From an uncultured virus (IMG/VR IMGVR_UViG_3300027704_001989) (Duplodnaviria; Heunggongvirae; Uroviricota; Caudoviricetes), in IMG/VR virus record IMGVR_UViG_3300027704_001989: a stretch of DNA of 64,000 nucleotides. One strand, written 5' to 3'. This document shows, one piece after another, positions 19,265 through 27,999 of this stretch. Both the position numbers and the translations under genes were made by a program. Every line of letters starts with the position of its first letter. The stretch's first letter is position 1. The notes beneath the pieces were generated by a model. That model searched no databases and was not told the DNA's origin. It was given only the letters and a program-made list of their open reading frames with translations.

Positions 19265-20317
19265 TTAGAAGTCGAAATAGTATTCATAAATGCTTTCGCT
19301 GTTGTGTTCAACAATAGCTGCTCTATATCGCTCTGTTAGTTCCGCTGGCAGTTTGCCTGCTTTAAATCTAACAGTACCATCTGTGCCTGCTGCACTGCCA
19401 TCACTAGATGAATCTTTGCGAGTGTCTCGTTGTATTTTTCTATGTTCAAGTACCATAGGAGCACGATACTTTAAATCAAATGTGTTATATATGCCCGACT
19501 GCGATGCAAGATATTTTTTTAATCTTTCAAATCCAGTGCTTTTCATAAGTGGATGTATACCACCTGGTATAATTTCTTCATATATTGTATACTTTAATCT
19601 GTGTGCCCGCCCATCCAATTCGCCTGCGTCACAATGTATTTTATATTTTTCAATAACATCTATACTAAGTTCTAATGCTTTATATATTATTTCGGGTGTG
19701 TAATATAGGATGTCTTTAACTATATCAAAATTATCATCTCTTGCTACAGCATAGTATGCCTGTGTGTTTTTCATAATAAATGAACTATTAAGTCCTGCAA
19801 TGTCTAACGGGCCTTCTACTATAGGTGAATCTTTAATCATCATAGGAAGATCGCCACCTAGTACTACTGTGCCGTCTATGTTTTTAAAGGTAGTGTGTAA
19901 GTAATAAAGATGGACTGCTACTTGAGGACTCGATGTGCTATACTTTTTGCCATATGCTAAGTGGGTGTTGTTAGTAAAGAAATCATACAAGTCAATTTCT
20001 GTAATATTTAGTTTAATATTTTCTCTGTCAGTTAGCATACGAGCAGTTACTACATCATCTGTGTTTAAGGGACTACCTTTCCATGTAGTAAGATATGTGT
20101 GTGCTGTAATAGGTACGTTCATTTCTTGTAAAACTCTGATTGCAAACTGACTATCCACTCCTCCGCTTAGGCATACATGGGCATGTGTAATGTGTGCCAG
20201 TTGTTCTTTTATTAAATCCAGCAAGGTACTGTCCGTTTTAGGCTTCTTAATTGTAATGCTGAGGAACTTTTCTTCCTCATAGTATGTCATTGCTGGTGGA
20301 TTTCCAAACTGAATCAT
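19265..20317 (-). CDS. PP-loop (adenine nucleotide alpha-hydrolase-like) protein
   Basis: CLSGGVDS motif. Confidence 0.6.
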   Translation of the reverse strand: MIQFGNPPAMTYYEEEKFLSITIKKPKTDSTLLDLIKEQLAHITHAHVCLSGGVDSQFAIRVLQEMNVPITAHTYLTTWKGSPLNTDDVVTARMLTDRENIKLNITEIDLYDFFTNNTHLAYGKKYSTSSPQVAVHLYYLHTTFKNIDGTVVLGGDLPMMIKDSPIVEGPLDIAGLNSSFIMKNTQAYYAVARDDNFDIVKDILYYTPEIIYKALELSIDVIEKYKIHCDAGELDGRAHRLKYTIYEEIIPGGIHPLMKSTGFERLKKYLASQSGIYNTFDLKYRAPMVLEHRKIQRDTRKDSSSDGSAAGTDGTVRFKAGKLPAELTERYRAAIVEHNSESIYEYYFDF

Positions 20318-20412
20318 AAAAGATTTCTAACTCCGTTAAAGATGATAAATATACTTAATACATACTTATGGAGCTAAACCGAATACAAATTCGTTTTTTG
20401 GAGCAAAACTAA

Positions 20413-22044
20413 ATGGCAAACTACATTATATCACTAGACTCGTCAACTTATGCAAGTGCAGGGGCGGCAGAACTAGCAATTACAAACGCAGGACTGGCAA
20501 TAACTAAAACTTATACTTTTCCTTTAACATACGGAGTATCAGGAACAACCAGTCAAGTCTCAGGACTTGCAGGGCTTGCTGAATCTTCTGAGAACGGAAC
20601 GGCATTAACTAGTACATTGGACGCTTTTACAGCTGAAGGAGGAACGTTGAGTGCATCACACTTAGACACTACCGCAATTAACCCAAACTACCAGTACTAT
20701 TGGCATCCATTAGATACTACATTAGGTGCAGGTCAAACTATTTACTTAGTAGACACTGGATTTGACGGTGGTCATGAAGTTTTTGGACAGACACCGCGTG
20801 TCACAGACTTACATAGTGCTCCTAACGCAACAGGCTATGTCGACACTGACGGTCACGGAACTAAAATGGCATCCTTAATAATAGGATCCTCGATTGGTAC
20901 TGCAGGTGCCGCAAATATACAAAACGTTAAGATGTTTAATGACAATACTACAGCATTTACTGCTGGTGATGTCATTGATGCATTGGAAGCAATTTTAGTA
21001 CATCATAGAGCAAACGATGCCGCTAAGCCAAAAATTGTACTCTTTGCTTGGTCCATGACTAAGAACGCATTAATTGATTCTAAACTTAATGAAATGTTAG
21101 CAGAAAACTTAATGCTAATTGCTTCTGCAGGTAATGCCGGTAACGGTGTTGATGTTGATACAATTACACCGGGTGGATTAGATACTATTACAACTGTTGG
21201 AGCACATGATGAAGTATTGGAGGTAGCAACATTCTCTCAGATGCCAATCATTGATTACGTTGATGATGACGTGACTCCATTTAGAAGAGGTTTAGTACAA
21301 AACGCAGCCAAGATTGATATCTTTGCAATGGGCGTTAACGTATGTACAGCTGACGTAGCAAACGTTGCGAACTATGTACCATCAACAGGAACTTCAGTTT
21401 CAGCTGCAATGGTAGCAGGTATTGCTACACATTACATGAACTTGTATTCAAGTACATCTGCAGAAACTATTAAATCATACATAGTAACACGTGGTAACGA
21501 AATGGCACGTTTGCCTAGGTCGACATCTACTGCTGAAAACTACAAAACAATGCTCAGTTACGACAACTTAACTTACCCTTCAGGTAAGATTGCAGAATAT
21601 AACAAAGTAAGTTTATCAGTTCTATCTTGCCCGATGACATCAGAAGTAACATTTACTAATATACCATCAGGAAGATTGTTAAACGTAGCACATGGTTCAA
21701 CTACCACTGTTAACATTGGCTTACATGCTGATGCTACTGATATAGCGGTATTAGACTTCAGTCCTTTACCACCATGGATGGCATTTGATATAGCAACTGG
21801 TATTGTTACTGTTACTGCAACTACAGCAGCTGGCTGTGCAGCAAGTTTAGCACCAGGTGTTTATCACTTTGCTGTTAAAGGAACAATGGCTACTAAAGTT
21901 TACGTTGAAGAATATTCAATTGGCGTATATGCTACTGCAGAATCAGAGCTAAATACATCAACAGAATACTACTACGATGACGATGAAGAAGATTACGAAG
22001 AAGTAATACAATATTCAGCATCTACTAACAACTTTATCAAATAA
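20413..22044 (+). CDS. Subtilisin-like (S8) serine protease with a C-terminal Ig-like region
   Basis: VDTG, GHGT, SAGN, GTS motifs; TAAATA at 20346-20351. Confidence 0.88.
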   Translation: MANYIISLDSSTYASAGAAELAITNAGLAITKTYTFPLTYGVSGTTSQVSGLAGLAESSENGTALTSTLDAFTAEGGTLSASHLDTTAINPNYQYYWHPLDTTLGAGQTIYLVDTGFDGGHEVFGQTPRVTDLHSAPNATGYVDTDGHGTKMASLIIGSSIGTAGAANIQNVKMFNDNTTAFTAGDVIDALEAILVHHRANDAAKPKIVLFAWSMTKNALIDSKLNEMLAENLMLIASAGNAGNGVDVDTITPGGLDTITTVGAHDEVLEVATFSQMPIIDYVDDDVTPFRRGLVQNAAKIDIFAMGVNVCTADVANVANYVPSTGTSVSAAMVAGIATHYMNLYSSTSAETIKSYIVTRGNEMARLPRSTSTAENYKTMLSYDNLTYPSGKIAEYNKVSLSVLSCPMTSEVTFTNIPSGRLLNVAHGSTTTVNIGLHADATDIAVLDFSPLPPWMAFDIATGIVTVTATTAAGCAASLAPGVYHFAVKGTMATKVYVEEYSIGVYATAESELNTSTEYYYDDDEEDYEEVIQYSASTNNFIK

Positions 22045-22093
22045 GTTAAACTTAATTAGAAGAAGGTACTAAATACAATTGGTACCTTTTTTT

Positions 22094-23089
22094 ATGACTA
22101 TAGAAAACATACGAATAGACACAACAACACACAGTAGCGTTTTTAATCCGCTAAGTGCCGCTGGCCAATGGCTTTGTTCTACGTTTAAGTTTAGATCTAT
22201 AGGCGATATTAATATGTCGTATTCTACCCTAGTTGAAATAACCCAAGACCTCCCAAACTTAAAATCTATTACCATGGATAATGAGTACGGTGATGCACTA
22301 GAGTGGACTAATCTTACTTCGTTTGTGCGTGTTATGACAATACAAGGTGTTTATACTATAATAAACACTTACGGCATGGCTAGTAATAGTGTAGTACAAA
22401 AGATAAAAGATGCAAGTTGCCTATATAAAGAACAAGATGCAAGTATAAAGGTTATTTTCAATATTGATGGCATATACGAACAGTGCGGTAAGGTGTTCTT
22501 AGGTGCTGAGTGGAAGCAAATTAAAGAAAACATTATAACTGTAGGCGATAAATCACACATAAAGTTTTATAAGTTTAAGCATAACGCACACCAACAAGCC
22601 GCTATAGAACATTTTTGCAGGGCAGTTGGTGCAACGTTTGAAGTGTTAGAAGATCCGTTGTTTGGCAAAAAATGCTTTAGTATAATATCTAAACAAGGCA
22701 AATGGTTATACGATATTCATCCTGTTGGCTCTAAGCAACCAACACTAGCTCAAACCGCAGTAGGATGGAATCTATTAAAAACAAAAGTTAGAAAGATAAA
22801 AGGTACATCGATTGACGAGTTAGATTACTTACCTGTGCCTATTAATGCAACAAATTTAGATACAGATGATATTATTAATATTACTATCAAAGGGCATGTA
22901 ATCAAAGGATCAGGCAGAGCTCAAATGTTTAGTTATGCATTATGCAATGATTGGAATTATGAAGAAGTAGATATTAGTGACAAGTATAACTTATCAGTTA
23001 TGCAAGAACTAGCAAAGTTTGCAAGAATAGATTTGACTACTATAAATATTTACAATAGTAATATTACTGATATATTAGAAGTTATTTAA
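22094..23089 (+). CDS. Degenerate radical-SAM-like protein (no CxxxCxxC)
   Basis: FNIDG..WKQIKEN..FKHNAHQ resembles the core of phage radical SAM proteins. Confidence 0.5.
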   Translation: MTIENIRIDTTTHSSVFNPLSAAGQWLCSTFKFRSIGDINMSYSTLVEITQDLPNLKSITMDNEYGDALEWTNLTSFVRVMTIQGVYTIINTYGMASNSVVQKIKDASCLYKEQDASIKVIFNIDGIYEQCGKVFLGAEWKQIKENIITVGDKSHIKFYKFKHNAHQQAAIEHFCRAVGATFEVLEDPLFGKKCFSIISKQGKWLYDIHPVGSKQPTLAQTAVGWNLLKTKVRKIKGTSIDELDYLPVPINATNLDTDDIINITIKGHVIKGSGRAQMFSYALCNDWNYEEVDISDKYNLSVMQELAKFARIDLTTINIYNSNITDILEVI

Positions 23090-23355
23090 CTTACTTTAAC
23101 AGTCGACGACCCACTTGAAACTGAATGTCCGCATGTAGCAACTGTTCCTTTCATAGCAGTTATACCACCGTCTGCTAGTACTGTACTAGCACCAGCTGAA
23201 ACTAATGTAGGAGCAGTATGAGGTGATTTACCGTGTGCAGCAACCTTATCTCCTATTAACGAAACTTTTTTACCATCAGCAAATACTGTGCTTGCGCCGG
23301 GTCCTAGTATTATACCTTTTGCTGTATCTGTTTTTACTCTTGCTATGTCTGCCAT
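23086..23355 (-). CDS. PAAR-repeat spike tip protein
   Basis: GASTVFADG..GD..H..H..GASTV..G..CGH..GSSTV. Confidence 0.88.
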   Translation of the reverse strand: MADIARVKTDTAKGIILGPGASTVFADGKKVSLIGDKVAAHGKSPHTAPTLVSAGASTVLADGGITAMKGTVATCGHSVSSGSSTVKVS

Positions 23356-23363
23356 AGTATTAT

Positions 23364-23531
23364 TTATCCGTTTATAATTAGGCTAGTTAATAGAAGTAGT
23401 CCACTAATAGTACCTAAGAAGAAAAATGCAACTAATATTGCAAACCAAACTATAGCAAGTGGCTTTATTTCAAACTTACCTTCGGACTTTTTACCTATGC
23501 CTATTACTGCTTTAATTGCGTCTGCTATCAA
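23364..23531 (-). CDS. Small membrane protein, 55 aa, not in the ORF track
   Basis: TTG start; IKAVIGIG followed by one long hydrophobic helix. Confidence 0.55.
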   Translation of the reverse strand: MIADAIKAVIGIGKKSEGKFEIKPLAIVWFAILVAFFFLGTISGLLLLTSLIING

Positions 23532-23539
23532 AAGAGCTA

Positions 23540-23713
23540 TCAATAGAGTACATCAGTTAATGCAAAGGATATAAGCATTAACCCAAACACTGTAAGTTGT
23601 ATAATTGCTGGAACCACTACAAACAGTTGCATTGCACTGAAGTCTCCCTTCATAAAGAAGTCAGTCTTCATCCATTCATCTACTTCTTCTGGTGTTGCAT
23701 CTCTAACGTCCAT
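23540..23713 (-). CDS. Small membrane protein, 57 aa, not in the ORF track
   Basis: MDVRDATPEEVDEW... with GGAG RBS and a hydrophobic C-terminus. Confidence 0.65.
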   Translation of the reverse strand: MDVRDATPEEVDEWMKTDFFMKGDFSAMQLFVVVPAIIQLTVFGLMLISFALTDVLY

Positions 23714-23732
23714 GTATATGCTCCGGGTGAAA

Positions 23733-24032
23733 TTATACTTCTTTTATTTCTACTTCTTCGATGTTAAGTGCTTCATAGTCTGCCTTGCTCTCATCGCTTG
23801 CTTTACAGACGCTTAAAATAGCTGACAAGGGCATAGTAACCTCTTCAGTCGGCCCTGTAAAGATGTAAGGAATTAGTGCTAGATCTGCACCATTGATAAC
23901 TACTATTTTTGGTTCGCCAACAGTAAACAAGCCTTCGTCCTTATTGACGCCATACAGTTGTGCAAGTACTTCGATACCGCTAATTAATTTAAGGGTAATA
24001 ACTTCCCCTGATAGATCTTCTAAATTATACAT
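23733..24032 (-). CDS. Hypothetical protein (possibly Sm-like fold)
   Basis: ITLKLISGIEVLA pattern; strong RBS. Confidence 0.6.
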   Translation of the reverse strand: MYNLEDLSGEVITLKLISGIEVLAQLYGVNKDEGLFTVGEPKIVVINGADLALIPYIFTGPTEEVTMPLSAILSVCKASDESKADYEALNIEEVEIKEV

Positions 24033-24041
24033 GTGTGTCTC

Positions 24042-25142
24042 CTAAAGGGTCATTCCCTTAAATGTGTCGTGTGTTACGTCTTGTTTTGTGCCGCCACTAA
24101 CGTAACTTGTTATTTCAGTTTCTTGTGGAGCAACTTGTACGTCACTGCCTCCAATCCACTTTTGTGTCCATGGTAATGGATTAGAACCTGCTGTGTAAAC
24201 TTTCTCTAAGCCAATGTTAGTCATGCGTTTAGCTGCAATCCATTCTACATACTGTTCTAGTAACTGTGCATTTAATCCAATAATACTACCGTCTTTAAAC
24301 AAGTACTTTGCCCATGCTTTCTCTTGCTCTACAGCATCAATAAACATTTGCTTTGATTCTTCTTTTGTTTCTTCTGCAATCTTTGCAAAGTCTTCATCTT
24401 CTTTTGGTAATAATTTTAACATGTGCTGTGTACTTGCTAAGTGAACATTCTCATCTCTAGCAATTAACTTAATAATTTTTGCATTGCCTTCCATCTTTTT
24501 AACTTCAGCAAACGCCCAACTACATGCAAACGATACATAAAAACGCACACCCTCTAGGATGTTTACGCTCATTATGCACTTCCATAATTTCTTCTTGTGC
24601 TCGTATAAACTATACTTTGCACTGCCTTTACGCATTAGATCGTTATACTCGTATAGGTCGTTATAGCATTGTGTGATACTATCAGCACAATCTGCAATCT
24701 CTTCGATACTGCTCATCTCATCAAAAACCTTGCTCGGGTCAGGATATATATTTCTGATAATATGTGTGTAACTTCTGCTGTGAATAGTTTCACTGAATGC
24801 CCAAGTCTCAATCCAGGTTTCTAATTCTGGTAGACTAACAATAGGCAAGAACACTAAGTTAGGCGAACGCCCTTGAACACTGTCTAAGAGTATTTGTCTT
24901 TTTAAGTTAGATGTAAAGATGTGTTGCTCATGTGGCTCTAAATCCTTAAAGTCTTTGGCATCTTTTACGATATCAACTTCTTCAGGTCTCCAGAAAAATC
25001 CTAACTGCTTGTCAGTGAGCTTTTCAAATTGACGATACTTAATTGTATCGTAACGTTGCATACACACGCCACCGTTAGGGTCAAGAAACATTTTTGCTTC
25101 CATGTGGTTATACGCTTTGTTTGTGTTTAGTACTGATTTCAT
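24042..25142 (-). CDS. nrdB: Ribonucleotide reductase class Ia beta subunit
   Basis: FFWRPEE, ETIHSRSYT, EGVRFYVSF, RDENVH, VAPQETEITSY. Confidence 0.97.
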   Translation of the reverse strand: MKSVLNTNKAYNHMEAKMFLDPNGGVCMQRYDTIKYRQFEKLTDKQLGFFWRPEEVDIVKDAKDFKDLEPHEQHIFTSNLKRQILLDSVQGRSPNLVFLPIVSLPELETWIETWAFSETIHSRSYTHIIRNIYPDPSKVFDEMSSIEEIADCADSITQCYNDLYEYNDLMRKGSAKYSLYEHKKKLWKCIMSVNILEGVRFYVSFACSWAFAEVKKMEGNAKIIKLIARDENVHLASTQHMLKLLPKEDEDFAKIAEETKEESKQMFIDAVEQEKAWAKYLFKDGSIIGLNAQLLEQYVEWIAAKRMTNIGLEKVYTAGSNPLPWTQKWIGGSDVQVAPQETEITSYVSGGTKQDVTHDTFKGMTL

Positions 25143-25191
25143 ATTTTGCAATTCATGTGTTCCTTCAGTTAATTCAATAAAATACCTGGCT

Positions 25192-27465
25192 TTAGATTTT
25201 GCAGGACTCGCAATCCTCTTCATCTATTTCGCTAAGTTCTAATGCCTCGGTTGTATCTAGTTCTCCTTGACCATCGTTGGTGTTATTGTAATACAATTGC
25301 TTTCCGCCGTATTTGTAAAATGTAATTATATCTTTGATTAGTACACTCATTGGTACCTTTTCATCTTCAAAGTGCTCTGGGTTATAACTTGTATTGACAC
25401 TAATACCTTGGTCAATATACTTTTGTAGAACAGCCATAATCTTTAAATAGCCTTCTGGTGACTTCTGATCCCACAGTAAGTCATACTTGTTTTTAAGTCT
25501 AGGGTAGCCTGGCACTACTTGTTTAAGTATACCATGCTTGCTTTGTTTAACACTGATGTAACTGCGTGGCGGCTCAATACCGTTTGTGCTGTTACTAATC
25601 TGTGCTGATGTTTCTGCTGGCATAAGTGCCATTAGTGTTGAGTTACGGATGCCAGTTTCTTTAAGTTGCTTACGCAATCCTTTCCAATCTTGTCTTTCTT
25701 TGTGCTTAACTAATTCGTCTACATCTTTCTTATATGTTTGATTAGGTGTAATTCCTTGTCCGTATTTTGTTTCTACGGTACCAGGGCATTCGCCTTTTTC
25801 TATTGCCAAGTCTGCACTTGCTTTAATTAAAAAGTAACTCCATGCTTCGGCCCATTCGTCTACTAACTCTAAGTTAGGATCTTGATATGTTGAGTCATTC
25901 TTTGCTAACCAATATGCAAAGTTAATAATACCAATGCCTAACGGTCTACGTTTCATTGTACTTAACTGTGCCGCTAGTACTGGGTAACTTTGGTAGTCTA
26001 AGAGTGCGTCTAAGCCCCTTACAGCAAGATTACATACTCGCTCCATCTGTTTGAAGTCTTTAATAATACCCCAGTTAATTGCACTTAAAGTACATAAACT
26101 AATCTCTCCGTCAGGGTCATTAATGCTAGTTAAAGGCTTAGTAGGTAAGTTAATTTCACAACATAAATTACTCTGCTTAATCGGTGCAACATCTTCTCTA
26201 AATGAACTATGCGTATTAGCATGATCCACATTCATTAGGTAAATTCTACCTGTATCTTTTCTTTCAGTAGCAAATGCACTAAACAAATCCATTGCTTTAA
26301 TAGTCTTCTTCTTAATACGAGTGTTACGTTCAGCACATTCATATATTTCTTTAAACTTGTCTTGGTCTTGGAAAAATGTCTCATATAATCCAGGCACATC
26401 GTGTGGTGAGAACAATGTAATATCTCCGCCAGTTAGCAGTCTTTCGTACATTAGTTTGTTAAACTGTACACCATAGTCCATGTGTCGTACACGATTCTCT
26501 TCAGTGCCTTTGTTGTTCTTTAATACTAGCATGTCTTCAATTTCAGCATGCCAGATGGGATAGTATAATGTGGCTGCGCCGCCTCTTACTCCACCTTGTG
26601 AACAACTTTTTACAGCACTCTGGAATAGTTTATAGAAGGGGATAACTCCTGTGTGGGTTGCATCTCCACTCCTAATAGGCGAGCCAATTGCTCTAATACT
26701 ACCTGCACCAATGCCAATGCCTGCCTTTTGGCTAACATACTTAACAATAGCACTTGTAGTAGCATTAATGCTATCTAAACTGTCATCTGTCTCAATAAGT
26801 ACACAACTACTAAACTGTCTTTGTGGTGTACGCACACCGGCCATAACAGGTGTAGGTAAACTTATTTCAAATGTACTAATTGCATCATAGTATGTTTTAA
26901 CATATTGTAGTCTTGTTTCTTTGTCATACTTACTAAACAATGTCATAGCAATCATTATATATGCTACTTGCGGTGTTTCAAATATCTCACCAGTTGCTCT
27001 GTTTTGTACAAGGTACTTACCACGGAATTGTTCCATAGCCGCATAAGTTAAACCCTCATCTCTGTCGTGCCTAATGTAGTTACTTAGTTCGTCAATTTCG
27101 TCTTTTGTGTATGCTATTAAAATTTCTCTATCGTAGAAGCCTTTCTTAACATTTTTATCTATAATATCACATAAGCACGGTGGGCTAAATTTACCGTATA
27201 CTTGTTTACGCAAATGATAGTTGATTAGCCTGCCTGCTACATATTGATAGTTTGGTGTTTCTTCGCTGATTAAATCTGCGGCACTTTTGATAAGTGTCTC
27301 TTGAATATCAGTACTAGTAATCCCAGTGTACAACTGTATCTGGCTGTTAATTTCTACTTCACTAGGACTAACGCCTGTTATGCCATCGCAGGCATATTGT
27401 ACTACCTTGTGCAACTTATCTATATTAATGTCTTCGAGTTGCCCAGATCGTTTTTGTACTTGCAT
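25192..27465 (-). CDS. nrdA: Ribonucleotide reductase class Ia alpha subunit with ATP cone
   Basis: VQKRSG, FSSCVL, SNLCCEI, LYY, C-terminal CESCKI; start at 27465 after GGAAG. Confidence 0.97.
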   Translation of the reverse strand: MQVQKRSGQLEDINIDKLHKVVQYACDGITGVSPSEVEINSQIQLYTGITSTDIQETLIKSAADLISEETPNYQYVAGRLINYHLRKQVYGKFSPPCLCDIIDKNVKKGFYDREILIAYTKDEIDELSNYIRHDRDEGLTYAAMEQFRGKYLVQNRATGEIFETPQVAYIMIAMTLFSKYDKETRLQYVKTYYDAISTFEISLPTPVMAGVRTPQRQFSSCVLIETDDSLDSINATTSAIVKYVSQKAGIGIGAGSIRAIGSPIRSGDATHTGVIPFYKLFQSAVKSCSQGGVRGGAATLYYPIWHAEIEDMLVLKNNKGTEENRVRHMDYGVQFNKLMYERLLTGGDITLFSPHDVPGLYETFFQDQDKFKEIYECAERNTRIKKKTIKAMDLFSAFATERKDTGRIYLMNVDHANTHSSFREDVAPIKQSNLCCEINLPTKPLTSINDPDGEISLCTLSAINWGIIKDFKQMERVCNLAVRGLDALLDYQSYPVLAAQLSTMKRRPLGIGIINFAYWLAKNDSTYQDPNLELVDEWAEAWSYFLIKASADLAIEKGECPGTVETKYGQGITPNQTYKKDVDELVKHKERQDWKGLRKQLKETGIRNSTLMALMPAETSAQISNSTNGIEPPRSYISVKQSKHGILKQVVPGYPRLKNKYDLLWDQKSPEGYLKIMAVLQKYIDQGISVNTSYNPEHFEDEKVPMSVLIKDIITFYKYGGKQLYYNNTNDGQGELDTTEALELSEIDEEDCESCKI

Positions 27466-27509
27466 GTGTTCTTCCGTTGTCTGTTTGTTTCTAAATTTGT
27501 TTAGTGTAG

Positions 27510-27554
27510 TATTTACCAGAAGCAAATTATACATTAAAACTACGTTAATGTCAA
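27510..27554 (-). promoter_or_regulatory. Tandem sigma70-like and late-type promoters for nrdAB
   Basis: TTGACA-N17-TATAAT at 27526-27554 plus TAAATA at 27510-27515. Confidence 0.75.
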
Positions 27555-27982
27555 CTGAAAAGTGAGGAAGTTTTAATCTTATGTGAGTTAAATCGTGTGC
27601 TATTGTCTATAACGTATTGTAGGCTTGCAGTCTCGCCTGGTATGAAATTATAAGCCACTTGTTCATGAATTAGCACTAGTCCATCATTTCCATTTATATG
27701 ATTACTTATCACTTCAAAGTACAATTCATCAGCTGTTATGAATCCTTTGTTGGCTAATGTTGCCGCTAATATAAGGGTGATTCCGGATTGGCAAAAATAG
27801 CCTTCAGATACTATTTCGAACACATTAGGCCAGTCCTTGGGAGTATAATAATCTATGTACCTAGGTATAGGTTTGATGTCAGCGAATGCTTCTAATAAAG
27901 GTTCTACAGTTAGATACTCTGCCTGCCTAACTGCTCGCCAGGCATTCAACCGATCCGATGACGTTTGGTTTTTGTTAAACAT
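27551..27982 (-). CDS. Hypothetical protein
   Basis: 143-aa ORF. Confidence 0.7.
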   Translation of the reverse strand: MFNKNQTSSDRLNAWRAVRQAEYLTVEPLLEAFADIKPIPRYIDYYTPKDWPNVFEIVSEGYFCQSGITLILAATLANKGFITADELYFEVISNHINGNDGLVLIHEQVAYNFIPGETASLQYVIDNSTRFNSHKIKTSSLFS

Positions 27983-27999
27983 ATATTAAACTAGTAACG

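Noticed and set aside
24042..27465. Introns or inteins in nrdA/nrdB (also helicases)
   Set aside because: Reading frames are continuous and of normal length
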